From Vicinamibacterales bacterium (GTDB lineage: Bacteria > Acidobacteriota > Vicinamibacteria > Vicinamibacterales > UBA2999): DNA of 64,000 bases. A program made the position numbers and the translations under genes. A model generated the notes under the pieces. That model was not told the DNA's origin and ran no database searches. It worked only from the letters and a program-made list of their open reading frames with translations. Of this stretch, positions 1 to 7,312 are shown in pieces; positions within the stretch are counted from its first letter, which is position 1, and each line of letters opens with the position of its first letter. The stretch covers positions 167,153-231,152 of the forward strand of contig JBFWNV010000003.1 in NCBI GenBank assembly GCA_050250875.1. Direction: 5' to 3'.

Positions 1-28
1 CGGCCGGCGGCGCCGCCCGGGCGGCGCG

Positions 29-1504
29 ATGACGTCGGCGCCGCGCGTCCGCGCCGTGAACGATGCGCCGATCGCATCCGCCGGCCGCTACGTGCTGTAT
101 TGGATGATCGCGGCGCGCCGCGCCCGCTCGAATGCCGCGCTCGACCGTGCGCTGGCGCACGCCCGGGCGCTCGGCCGGCCGCTCGTCGTCGTCGAGGCGC
201 TGCGCGCCGGCTATCCCTGGGCGTCCGATCGCCTGCACCAGTTCGTCATCGACGGCATGCACGACAACGCCCGCGCCTTCGATCGGCCGGGCGTGCGCTA
301 CGTGCCGTACGTCGAACCGGTCGTCGGCGCCGGACGCGGCCTGCTCGAAGCGCTGGCGGCGGAGGCCGCGGTCGTCGTCACCGACGACTTCCCGGCCTTC
401 TTCCTGCCGCGCATGGTGACGGCCGCCGGCGCTCGCCTGCCGGTGCGGCTCGAGGCCGTGGACGGCAACGGCCTGCTGCCGATGCGGGCCGCCGATCGCG
501 CCTTCCCGACCGCGTTCGCGTTCCGCCGCTTCCTGCAACGGTCGCTGGCCGCCCACCTCGGCGCGACGCCGGACCCCGAGCCGTTCAGCGCGCCGCTGCC
601 CTTCGCGCCGCCGGCGCTGCCCGATGGCATCGCCGAACGCTGGCCGGATCTGCACACCTGGATGGCGCGCGGCGGACGGGTGGAGCGGCTGCCGATCGAT
701 CACGGCGTGACGCCGACCGGGGAGCGCGGCGGCGCCGCTGCGGCGCACGCCCGCCTCGAGGCGTTCGTCGCCGACGGCCTGCCGCGCTACGCCGACGACC
801 GCAACGACGCCGAGCACGAGGCGGTCAGCCGGCTCTCGCCCTACCTCCACTTCGGACACCTCTCGGCCCACGACGTGTTCGCCGCGGTGATGGCGCGCGA
901 GGGCTGGCTCGGCGTGGTGCCGCGCGGCGGTCTCGGCGCCCGCGCCGGCTGGTGGGGCGTGTCGGCGGCGGCCGAGGCCTATCTCGATCAGCTCGTCACC
1001 TGGCGCGAGCTCGGCTTCAACGGCTGCGTCCACCGCGCCGACTACGATCGCTACGAGTCGCTGCCGGCCTGGGCGATGGCCACGCTGTCGCGGCACGCCA
1101 GCGATCCCCGTGACGTGGTCTACCCGCACCGCGCGTTCGACGAGGCCGCGACTCACGACCCGCTGTGGAACGCGGCGCAGCGGCAGCTGCGCCGCGAGGG
1201 ACGCATCCACAACTACCTGCGGATGCTGTGGGGCAAGAAGATTCTCGAGTGGTCGGCGACGCCGCAGGACGCGCTGGCGACGATGATCGACCTCAACAAC
1301 CGCTATGCCCTCGACGGCCGCGACCCGAACTCCTACAGCGGCATCTTCTGGATCCTCGGCCGCTACGACCGCCCCTGGGGGCCCGAGCGCGCCGTCTTCG
1401 GCACCGTGCGGTACATGTCGTCGGACAATACCGCCCGCAAACTGCGGGTGAAGGCGTACCTGGCCCGTTACGCCGACCAGCCGTCTCTGCTCGCTCCGGT
1501 GTGA
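29..1504 (+). CDS. phr: CPD photolyase, class II-like
   Basis: 491-aa ORF. The C-terminal FAD-binding block HNYLRMLWGKKILEW...LDGRDPNSYSGIFWILGRYDRPW...RYMS matches my recall of class II photolyases. Codons are GC3-rich. Confidence 0.8.
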   Translation: MTSAPRVRAVNDAPIASAGRYVLYWMIAARRARSNAALDRALAHARALGRPLVVVEALRAGYPWASDRLHQFVIDGMHDNARAFDRPGVRYVPYVEPVVGAGRGLLEALAAEAAVVVTDDFPAFFLPRMVTAAGARLPVRLEAVDGNGLLPMRAADRAFPTAFAFRRFLQRSLAAHLGATPDPEPFSAPLPFAPPALPDGIAERWPDLHTWMARGGRVERLPIDHGVTPTGERGGAAAAHARLEAFVADGLPRYADDRNDAEHEAVSRLSPYLHFGHLSAHDVFAAVMAREGWLGVVPRGGLGARAGWWGVSAAAEAYLDQLVTWRELGFNGCVHRADYDRYESLPAWAMATLSRHASDPRDVVYPHRAFDEAATHDPLWNAAQRQLRREGRIHNYLRMLWGKKILEWSATPQDALATMIDLNNRYALDGRDPNSYSGIFWILGRYDRPWGPERAVFGTVRYMSSDNTARKLRVKAYLARYADQPSLLAPV

Positions 1505-1560
1505 CCCACGACATCTGGTGCCGGGGCCTGGCCCCGATGGCACGAAAGGCGTGCCGGCGC

Positions 1561-1569
1561 TGCTAGAAT
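1561..1569 (+). promoter_or_regulatory. Extended -10 box TGCTAGAAT, 7 nt upstream of the ATG at 1577 (probable leaderless transcript)
   Basis: TGnTAnnnT pattern read directly. There is no room for an SD. The same decamer TGNTAGAATC recurs at 63571. Confidence 0.4.
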
Positions 1570-1576
1570 CGCCGCC

Positions 1577-2866
1577 ATGGCACGCCTTGCACTCGTCGCC
1601 GTCGTCATCCTGCTCGGATTCTGCGCCCCCGTCGCCGCGCAGGTCACCGCCTTCGTCGATGGCCGGATCATCGACGGCACCGGCCGCGTGATCGAGCGCG
1701 GCACCGTCATCGTCCGTGACGGTCGCATCGCCGAGGTCGGCGCGGCCGCGAGCGTCCGCGTCCCCGACGGCGCGACGCGCGTGAGCCTCGGCGGCAAGAC
1801 GCTGATGCCCGGGCTCGTCAACGCGCACGGCCACCTGTCGCCGGTCGAGGGTCTGCGCACCGGCGCCGAGTTCTACACCCGCGCCAACCTCGAGCGGCAG
1901 CTCCGCGCCTACGCCACCTACGGCGTCACCACCGTGTTCTCGCTGGGTGACGATCAGGCCGATGCGTTCACGCTGCGCGCCGAGCAGCGGACGGCAGCGC
2001 CGCCGCGCGCCCGGGTCTTCGTGGCCGGCCCCATCGTGAACGCCGACACCGCGGACGCGGCGCGCGCCGCGACCGACAAGGTGATCGCGCTCGAGCCGGA
2101 CCTCATCAAGATCCGCGTCGACGACAACCTCGGCACCGGCAGGAAGATGCCCGAGGTGGCCTGGCGCGCCACGCTCGTGCGGGCCAAGGCGGCGCGGCTC
2201 ACGCTCGCCGCGCACGTCTATTACCTTGCCGACGCAAAAGCGCTGGCCGAGGCCGGCAACACCTTCATCGCCCACAGCGTGCGCGACCTGCCCGTCGACG
2301 ACGCGTTCCTCGCGGCGATGAAGCGCAACAACCTGTGCTACTCGCCGACGCTGATGCGCGAGGTGTCGACGTTCGTCTACGACAGCACGCCGCCGTGGGC
2401 CAGCGACCCGTTCTTCCGCCGCGGCTACCCGGCCGAGATCTCGGCCGCGCTCGCCGATCCGGGCCGCCAGGAGAAGTTCAAGGCGAGCCCCGCGTACGGG
2501 CAGGGTCAGAAGTACAAGGGCGGGCTGGAGGTCGCGAAAGCCAACCTCAAGCGCGTGTCCGACGCCGGCATCCGCGTGGCGTTCGGCACCGACACCGGCC
2601 CGGCGGCGCGCTTCCAGGGCTTCTTCGAGCACCTGGAGCTGGAGATGATGGTGGCCGCGGGGCTCACGCCGATGCAGGCCCTGGTGTCGGCCACGGGCAA
2701 CGCCGCAGCCTGCTGGGGCAAACAGGGCCAGCTCGGCACCATCGCGCCGGGCGCGGCCGCCGATCTGCTCGTGCTGTCGGCCAACCCGCTCGAGCGCATC
2801 GCCAACAGCCGCGCCCTCGACGCGATCTACATCGGCGGTCGGCGCTTCGACCCGCCCGCACCGTAG
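1577..2866 (+). CDS. Secreted amidohydrolase-family metallohydrolase
   Basis: Signal-like N-terminus ALVAVVILLGFCAPVAAQ. HxH metal motif GLVNAHGHL. C-terminal FGTDTG Asp motif. TAG stop. Confidence 0.7.
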   Translation: MARLALVAVVILLGFCAPVAAQVTAFVDGRIIDGTGRVIERGTVIVRDGRIAEVGAAASVRVPDGATRVSLGGKTLMPGLVNAHGHLSPVEGLRTGAEFYTRANLERQLRAYATYGVTTVFSLGDDQADAFTLRAEQRTAAPPRARVFVAGPIVNADTADAARAATDKVIALEPDLIKIRVDDNLGTGRKMPEVAWRATLVRAKAARLTLAAHVYYLADAKALAEAGNTFIAHSVRDLPVDDAFLAAMKRNNLCYSPTLMREVSTFVYDSTPPWASDPFFRRGYPAEISAALADPGRQEKFKASPAYGQGQKYKGGLEVAKANLKRVSDAGIRVAFGTDTGPAARFQGFFEHLELEMMVAAGLTPMQALVSATGNAAACWGKQGQLGTIAPGAAADLLVLSANPLERIANSRALDAIYIGGRRFDPPAP

Positions 2867-2881
2867 TCGGCCGGCCGCGGC

Positions 2882-3553
2882 TCAGAAGAGCCCGAGCACG
2901 CCGGGCACCTCAGCCACCGACGCGCACAAGTGAGTGTGCGGCGCCGCGGCGAGGCGGGCGCGGTCGTGTGCGCCCGACCACACCCCGACGTTCCAGCCGA
3001 CGCCGGCGGCCGCCCCGGCCTGGAGGTCGAGCGCGGTGTGGCCGACGCTGGCGACGCGGCCAGGCGCGCCGACGCCGGTCAGCGCCATCGCCCGCAGGAT
3101 GAGGTCGGGCGCCGGGCGGCCGGCGGCCACCTCGTCGCCGCAGACCACGGCGTCGGCGATCGCCTGCCAGCCCAGCGCCGCCAGCAGGTGCGTGGTGAGG
3201 GCACGGTCGAACCCGGTGGTCAAGACGACCCGCACGCCGCGCCCGCGCAGCCCGGCGATCACCGCGGCCGCGCCCGGCACCGCCGCCACCGCCCCCGGCG
3301 TGTAGGCGGCGCGCAGCCGCGCCTGGAAACTCGCGTAGGCCCGATCGACGCGCCCGGACAGGTCCGGTCCGGCCGGCAGGAGCGCGGCCAGGGCCTGCCG
3401 CTTCGTCGCACCGCGCACGGCCTGGATCTGGTCGTCGGTCAGCGCCACGCCCTCGGCGGCGACGACGTCGGCGAACGCCCGCGGCACGGCGTCGTCGGCC
3501 TGCACGGTGGTGCCGACGAGGTCGCAGACGACGAGCGCCGGCGCCGCACTCAT
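2882..3553 (-). CDS. HAD-superfamily hydrolase (phosphonatase-like subfamily)
   Basis: I place the start at the internal ATG (cat at 3551-3553) of the 412-aa track ORF. Motif I is VVCDLVGTTV; also LTTGF and GDEVAAGRPAPD. The upstream part of the track ORF is R/P/G-rich junk. Confidence 0.65.
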   Translation of the reverse strand: MSAAPALVVCDLVGTTVQADDAVPRAFADVVAAEGVALTDDQIQAVRGATKRQALAALLPAGPDLSGRVDRAYASFQARLRAAYTPGAVAAVPGAAAVIAGLRGRGVRVVLTTGFDRALTTHLLAALGWQAIADAVVCGDEVAAGRPAPDLILRAMALTGVGAPGRVASVGHTALDLQAGAAAGVGWNVGVWSGAHDRARLAAAPHTHLCASVAEVPGVLGLF

Positions 3554-4158
3554 CCGCCGGCCACGCACGCCGCGCAGCGCCCGGCGCCGTCGACGGCCGA
3601 CCGCGGCGCGGGATAGCCGCAGGCGACGCAGGCCGCACCGGGGTCGATCGCCGACGGCGGCACGGCATACGGCCCGGTCAACACCTCCCGCGCGCGGGCG
3701 ACGATCGCCGCGCACTCGGCGGCGGTGAGCGGGGCCTTGCCCCGCGACCAGGTGAAGCGATCGGCGAAGGCCGGAAAGAACGGCGACTCGCCCCAGCGCC
3801 AGTCGGGATCCCCGGAGCGCGGACTGCGGCCGATGACGTGCTGATGCAGCACCCGGAAGCTCGGCCCGGGCTTCGGGCCCGGCGGGTCGGCGGCGTCGTT
3901 GAGTGCCCAGTTGCCGGCGTCCCAGTAGTTCACGCAGCCGCCGTCGAGTTGCGGCAGGCACTCGAGCATCGCCCGGCCGGTGGCCGCCACCAGCAGGTTC
4001 CAGGCGACGAGTTCGGCCAGGTCGAGCGCGCTGCGTTCCCACACCCGGCGCGGCGGGTTGACGACCAGCTGCCCGCCGTCGGCGCGGTCGATCATGATCG
4101 TCTTCGGGTCCGGCAGGCACAGGTCGCCGCCCGCGGCGCGCAGCAGGACGCGGCTCAT
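3550..4158 (-). CDS. Hypothetical protein, distant HIT-fold-like, with a C-terminal 4-Cys tail
   Basis: 202 aa. GGQLVVNPPRRV and VLHQHVIGR resemble the HIT strand and a degenerate His triad (HxHxI). The tail is CVACG...CAAC. ATGA overlap with the HAD gene. Confidence 0.35.
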   Translation of the reverse strand: MSRVLLRAAGGDLCLPDPKTIMIDRADGGQLVVNPPRRVWERSALDLAELVAWNLLVAATGRAMLECLPQLDGGCVNYWDAGNWALNDAADPPGPKPGPSFRVLHQHVIGRSPRSGDPDWRWGESPFFPAFADRFTWSRGKAPLTAAECAAIVARAREVLTGPYAVPPSAIDPGAACVACGYPAPRSAVDGAGRCAACVAGG

Positions 4159-4162
4159 CGGA

Positions 4163-5842
4163 TCACGGCCTCGCCCGGCCCGGACCGTGCAGCATCCGCC
4201 CCGGGCGCGCGCCGGTCAGGCCGTCAGGGCTCAGCGCCGCCACGCCGTTGACGATCACGTGGTCGATCCCGCGCGGATAGCTGTGCGGCCGCTCGTAGGT
4301 GGCGGTGTCGGCGATGGTCGCCGGATCGAACACGACCAGGTCGGCGAACGCGCCGGCGCGGATCACGCCGCGGTCGCGGATCTGGAACTGCTCGGCGGCG
4401 AGGCTGGTCATCCGCCGCACCGCCTCCTCCAGGGTCAGCAGCCGCGTCTCGCGGACGTAGTGGCCGAGCACGCGCGGGAACGTCCCGTAGGCGCGCGGAT
4501 GCGGCTGTCCCTGCGCCAGCGGCCCCTCGTGCCGGATGGCCGCCGAGTCGGTGCCGATCGACACGAACGGGGCGGCGAGGCCGGTGCGCACGTCGTCCTC
4601 GCTCATCATGTGGTACAAGGCGCCGGCGCGGCCCTTCGTGCCGGCGATGATCTCGAAGAGCACGTCCCAGGGGTCGGCCTTGCGGGCGGCGGCGATCTGG
4701 CTCAACCGCTGGCCGACCACGGTCGGGTCGTACTCCGGCGGCACCGAGGCGATCTGCACGCCGTCGAAGGTCGCCGCCATCAACAGGTTCTCCCAGCCGT
4801 CGGTCGTGCCCTCGACCTCCTTGCGGATTCGGGCGCGCAGCGCCGGATCGGCGAGACGCGCCAGCATGGCGTCGTTGCCGCCCTCCTGCGCCCACAGCGG
4901 CAGCACGGCGGCCAGCCGCGTGCCGCCGGCCGCATACGGATACATCGTGGCCGACACCTTCTGGCCGGACGCCGCCGCGTCGCGCAGCGTCTTCACCGCC
5001 TCGCCCATCCGCCCCCAGTTGGCTTTCGCGCCGACCTTGAGGTGGAAGACGACCACCGGCAGCCCGCCGTCGCGCCCGATGCGCAGCGCTTCGTCGAGGG
5101 CGTTGAACAGGTTGAAGCTCTCGCCGCGGACGTGGGTGACATAGATGCCGCGGTGCCGTGCCGCCGCCTTGGCCAGCGCGATCAGTTCCTCGGTGGTGGC
5201 GAACGACCCGGGCATGTAGATCAGCGCGCTCGACAGCCCGAAGGCGCCGTCCGCCATCGCCCGCTCGACGATCGCCGTCATCCGCTCGAGTTCGTCCGGC
5301 GTCGGTGCCCGGTCGTCGAGGCCGATGACCTCGCTGCGCACCAGCGTCGCCGGCACCAGCGTGCCGACGTTGATGGTCGTGCCGCCCTGGCCCAGGCGGG
5401 CGGCGTACTGGTCGTAGGAGGTCCAGTCCACCGCTTGGCCGGCCCGCGCCAGCGCCTCGCCCGCCGCCGTCTTCGCGGTCCAGAACGCCGGCGAGTCGCC
5501 CTCGCCGATGATCTCGCTGGTGATGCCCTGGCGCAGATGACTCTCGCCGCGGCCGTCGATGAGCAGCGTCGTGCCCGACTGGCCCTGCACGTCGATGAAC
5601 CCCGGACTGACGACGCGGCCCGCGGCGTCGATCACCGTCGCCGCGGCGGCCGCCGACAGGTCGCCGATCGCGACGATGCGATCGCCGCTGACGCCGATGT
5701 CGGCGCGGACGGCCGGCGTGCCACGGCCGTCGATCACCTGGCCGCCGCGGATCAGCAGGTCGAAGCGCGGCGGCGAGCCGCACCCGGCCGCCACCGCCAC
5801 CCACGCCAGCAGCGCCGCCTGCCATCCAATGCGTCCGGTCAT
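4163..5842 (-). CDS. D-aminoacylase-family amidohydrolase (N-acyl-D-amino-acid deacylase-like), lipoprotein
   Basis: FDLLIRGGQVIDGRG...GFIDVQGQSG N-terminus, typical of the family. Start taken at MTGRIGW (cat 5840-5842) with GGGAG 4 nt upstream. Lipobox VAAGC. The track ORF starts 36 nt further upstream at a GTG. Confidence 0.7.
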   Translation of the reverse strand: MTGRIGWQAALLAWVAVAAGCGSPPRFDLLIRGGQVIDGRGTPAVRADIGVSGDRIVAIGDLSAAAAATVIDAAGRVVSPGFIDVQGQSGTTLLIDGRGESHLRQGITSEIIGEGDSPAFWTAKTAAGEALARAGQAVDWTSYDQYAARLGQGGTTINVGTLVPATLVRSEVIGLDDRAPTPDELERMTAIVERAMADGAFGLSSALIYMPGSFATTEELIALAKAAARHRGIYVTHVRGESFNLFNALDEALRIGRDGGLPVVVFHLKVGAKANWGRMGEAVKTLRDAAASGQKVSATMYPYAAGGTRLAAVLPLWAQEGGNDAMLARLADPALRARIRKEVEGTTDGWENLLMAATFDGVQIASVPPEYDPTVVGQRLSQIAAARKADPWDVLFEIIAGTKGRAGALYHMMSEDDVRTGLAAPFVSIGTDSAAIRHEGPLAQGQPHPRAYGTFPRVLGHYVRETRLLTLEEAVRRMTSLAAEQFQIRDRGVIRAGAFADLVVFDPATIADTATYERPHSYPRGIDHVIVNGVAALSPDGLTGARPGRMLHGPGRARP

Positions 5843-5883
5843 CGCGCTCCCGTTCACGCCGCCCGCGCCTATACTCACCGGCG

Positions 5884-7008
5884 ATGCCCCAGCCGGCGCT
5901 CGAGTTCCTCACGCCTCGCCCGGCGGGCGGCGGCGGGCGTGGCCTGTTCGACGCCGACGAGTATGCCCGGCAGCGTGCGTTCTTCACAACGCACGACGCC
6001 CGCCCGCTGGTCGCGCTCCCGGGCCTGGCCGCCGTGCTCGGCCTCGGCGGGCTCCTCGTCAAGGACGAAACGGGGCGCGCCGGGCTGCCGGCCTTCAAGA
6101 GCGTCGGCGTCGAATTCGCGGTGGACGCGCTCGCCCGTCGCGGCGATCTCGACGGCGTTTCGACGCTGGTCTGCGCCAGCGCCGGCAACCATGGCCGGGC
6201 CGTTGCCCGGGCCGCGCGCCTGGCCGGCCTCGGCGCGACGATCTTCCTCGACCGCGACGTGGCCGCGGCGCGGGTCGACGCGATTGCCTCGGAGGGCGCC
6301 ACCATCGTCCGGGTGGCCGGCACCTACGACGACGCGGTCCGCGAGGCGGCCGCGCACGCCGCATCGAGCGGCGGGCTGGTCGTCTCCGACACCTCGTGGC
6401 CCGGCTACACGCAGATCCCGCGCGACATCATGCTCGGCTACACGCGGATCATGGACGAAGCGGCGGCGGCGTGGGGCCCCGACGGCCCGCCGGACCTCCT
6501 GGTCGTCCAGGCCGGCGTCGGCGGGCTGCTGGCGGCGGTGGCGAGCTGGTCGGCGTGGACCTACGGCGCGGCGCGGCCGCGCCTGGTGGCGGTCGAGCCG
6601 CTGCGCGCCGCGTGCGTCCAGGCCTCGGCGCGTGCCGGCCGCCCCACCGCGGTGACCGGGCCCCTGACGACCATCATGGCGGGGCTGCGCTGCGGCGAGG
6701 TGTCGCCGCTGGCGTTCGAGGCGCTGGCGGGCCTGGTGGACCTGTATCTGGCGGTGGACGACCACTGGACGCGCGAAGCGATGCGCCGGTTCGCCCGGCC
6801 CGAGCCCGGCGACGTCGCCCTGGCCGTCGGCGCCTCGGGAGCCGCCGGCCTCGCCGCCCTGCTCGCCCTGCGCGGTGACCCGGCCTGTAGCGGCGTTGCC
6901 GAGGCTCTGGACCTCACGGCGGCGAGCCGCGCCCTGGTCATCGCCACCGAGGGCGTGACCGAGCCCAACCTCTGGGCGGACGCGGTCGGGCTCGGGGCTG
7001 GGGACTAG
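5884..7008 (+). CDS. Diaminopropionate ammonia-lyase-like PLP enzyme
   Basis: LVKDETGRAGLPAFKSVG matches the VKDES-R-GL-AFK-LG PLP-lysine block of DAP ammonia-lyases (Trp-synthase-beta fold). TATACT lies at 5870-5875, 8 nt before the ATG. Confidence 0.65.
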   Translation: MPQPALEFLTPRPAGGGGRGLFDADEYARQRAFFTTHDARPLVALPGLAAVLGLGGLLVKDETGRAGLPAFKSVGVEFAVDALARRGDLDGVSTLVCASAGNHGRAVARAARLAGLGATIFLDRDVAAARVDAIASEGATIVRVAGTYDDAVREAAAHAASSGGLVVSDTSWPGYTQIPRDIMLGYTRIMDEAAAAWGPDGPPDLLVVQAGVGGLLAAVASWSAWTYGAARPRLVAVEPLRAACVQASARAGRPTAVTGPLTTIMAGLRCGEVSPLAFEALAGLVDLYLAVDDHWTREAMRRFARPEPGDVALAVGASGAAGLAALLALRGDPACSGVAEALDLTAASRALVIATEGVTEPNLWADAVGLGAGD

Positions 7009-7011
7009 GGG
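6988..7011. repeat. G-rich heptad arm (GGGCTCG GGGCTGG GGACTAG GGG) overlapping the 3' end of the preceding CDS
   Basis: Read directly. It is an imperfect reverse complement of 7077-7102. Confidence 0.6.
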
Positions 7012-7076
7012 CGCGTGCCTCGGGCCTCGAGAGGGTCGGCGGGATCCGGTGGGGCGGGCAGCCGTCTGTTCCATCT

Positions 7077-7102
7077 CCCGAGCCCCGAGACCCGAGCCCC
7101 GG
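7077..7102. repeat. C-rich heptad arm CCCGAGC CCCGAGA CCCGAGC CCCGG
   Basis: Same heptad family as 60614-60639. Partner arm is at 6988-7011, 65 nt upstream. Confidence 0.6.
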
Positions 7103-7106
7103 TCGT

Positions 7107-7139
7107 CTGGCCACCGGCCAGAGTCCCACCGGTGGCCAG
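7107..7139 (+). promoter_or_regulatory. Perfect 11-bp inverted repeat CTGGCCACCGG-N11-CCGGTGGCCAG (candidate enhancer/UAS)
   Basis: Read directly. Its centre is about 110 bp upstream of the TGGCAC element. No T-tract follows, so it is an unlikely terminator. Confidence 0.4.
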
Positions 7140-7204
7140 CCTGTCCCACTTCCGGACGATCCTTGAACCGATACCGCGGAACCCGGCGCCTGGAACTCTC
7201 GTTG

Positions 7205-7217
7205 AATCAAGATGTTG
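7205..7217 (+). promoter_or_regulatory. IHF-consensus-like site AATCAAGATGTTG
   Basis: Matches WATCAANNNNTTR at every specified position. It lies between the inverted repeat and the -24 element. Confidence 0.35.
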
Positions 7218-7231
7218 GGCCTGGAGCCCGG

Positions 7232-7247
7232 TGGCACGGCGTTTGAG
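7232..7247 (+). promoter_or_regulatory. Candidate sigma54 -24/-12 promoter TGGCACG-GCGT-TTGAG
   Basis: TGGCACG is a perfect -24 element. The -12 element is TTGA rather than TTGC. It sits about 65 nt upstream of the ATG at 7313, and an NtrC-type activator is encoded in the same gene string. Confidence 0.45.
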
Positions 7248-7312
7248 ACATTTCCCCGCAGCGGGTGCCATCCGTTTGGCTGGCGCGCCCGTCTAAGGAG
7301 CGATTCGAGTTC

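Noticed and set aside
1537-1556. TGGCAC at 1537 as a second sigma54 promoter
   Set aside because: No TTGC-like -12 element lies at the correct spacing. The sequence is part of a short hairpin (GGCACG-aaagg-CGTGCC) after the photolyase stop, and a good extended -10 follows at 1561.
3980-6655. 891-aa + strand ORF, with 4224-6323 (-, 699 aa) and other long ORFs overlapping the D-aminoacylase and DAP-lyase genes
   Set aside because: The translations are Arg/Pro/Gly/Ala-rich low-complexity strings with no motifs. This is the expected shadow-ORF behaviour of GC-rich DNA. The competing frames carry clear family motifs and GC3 bias.
7191-7206. Alternative sigma54-like element TGGAAC-N5-TTGAA
   Set aside because: Its -24 element is weaker (TGGAAC against TGGCAC) than the element at 7232, and it overlaps the IHF-like site. 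I kept it only as a fallback.
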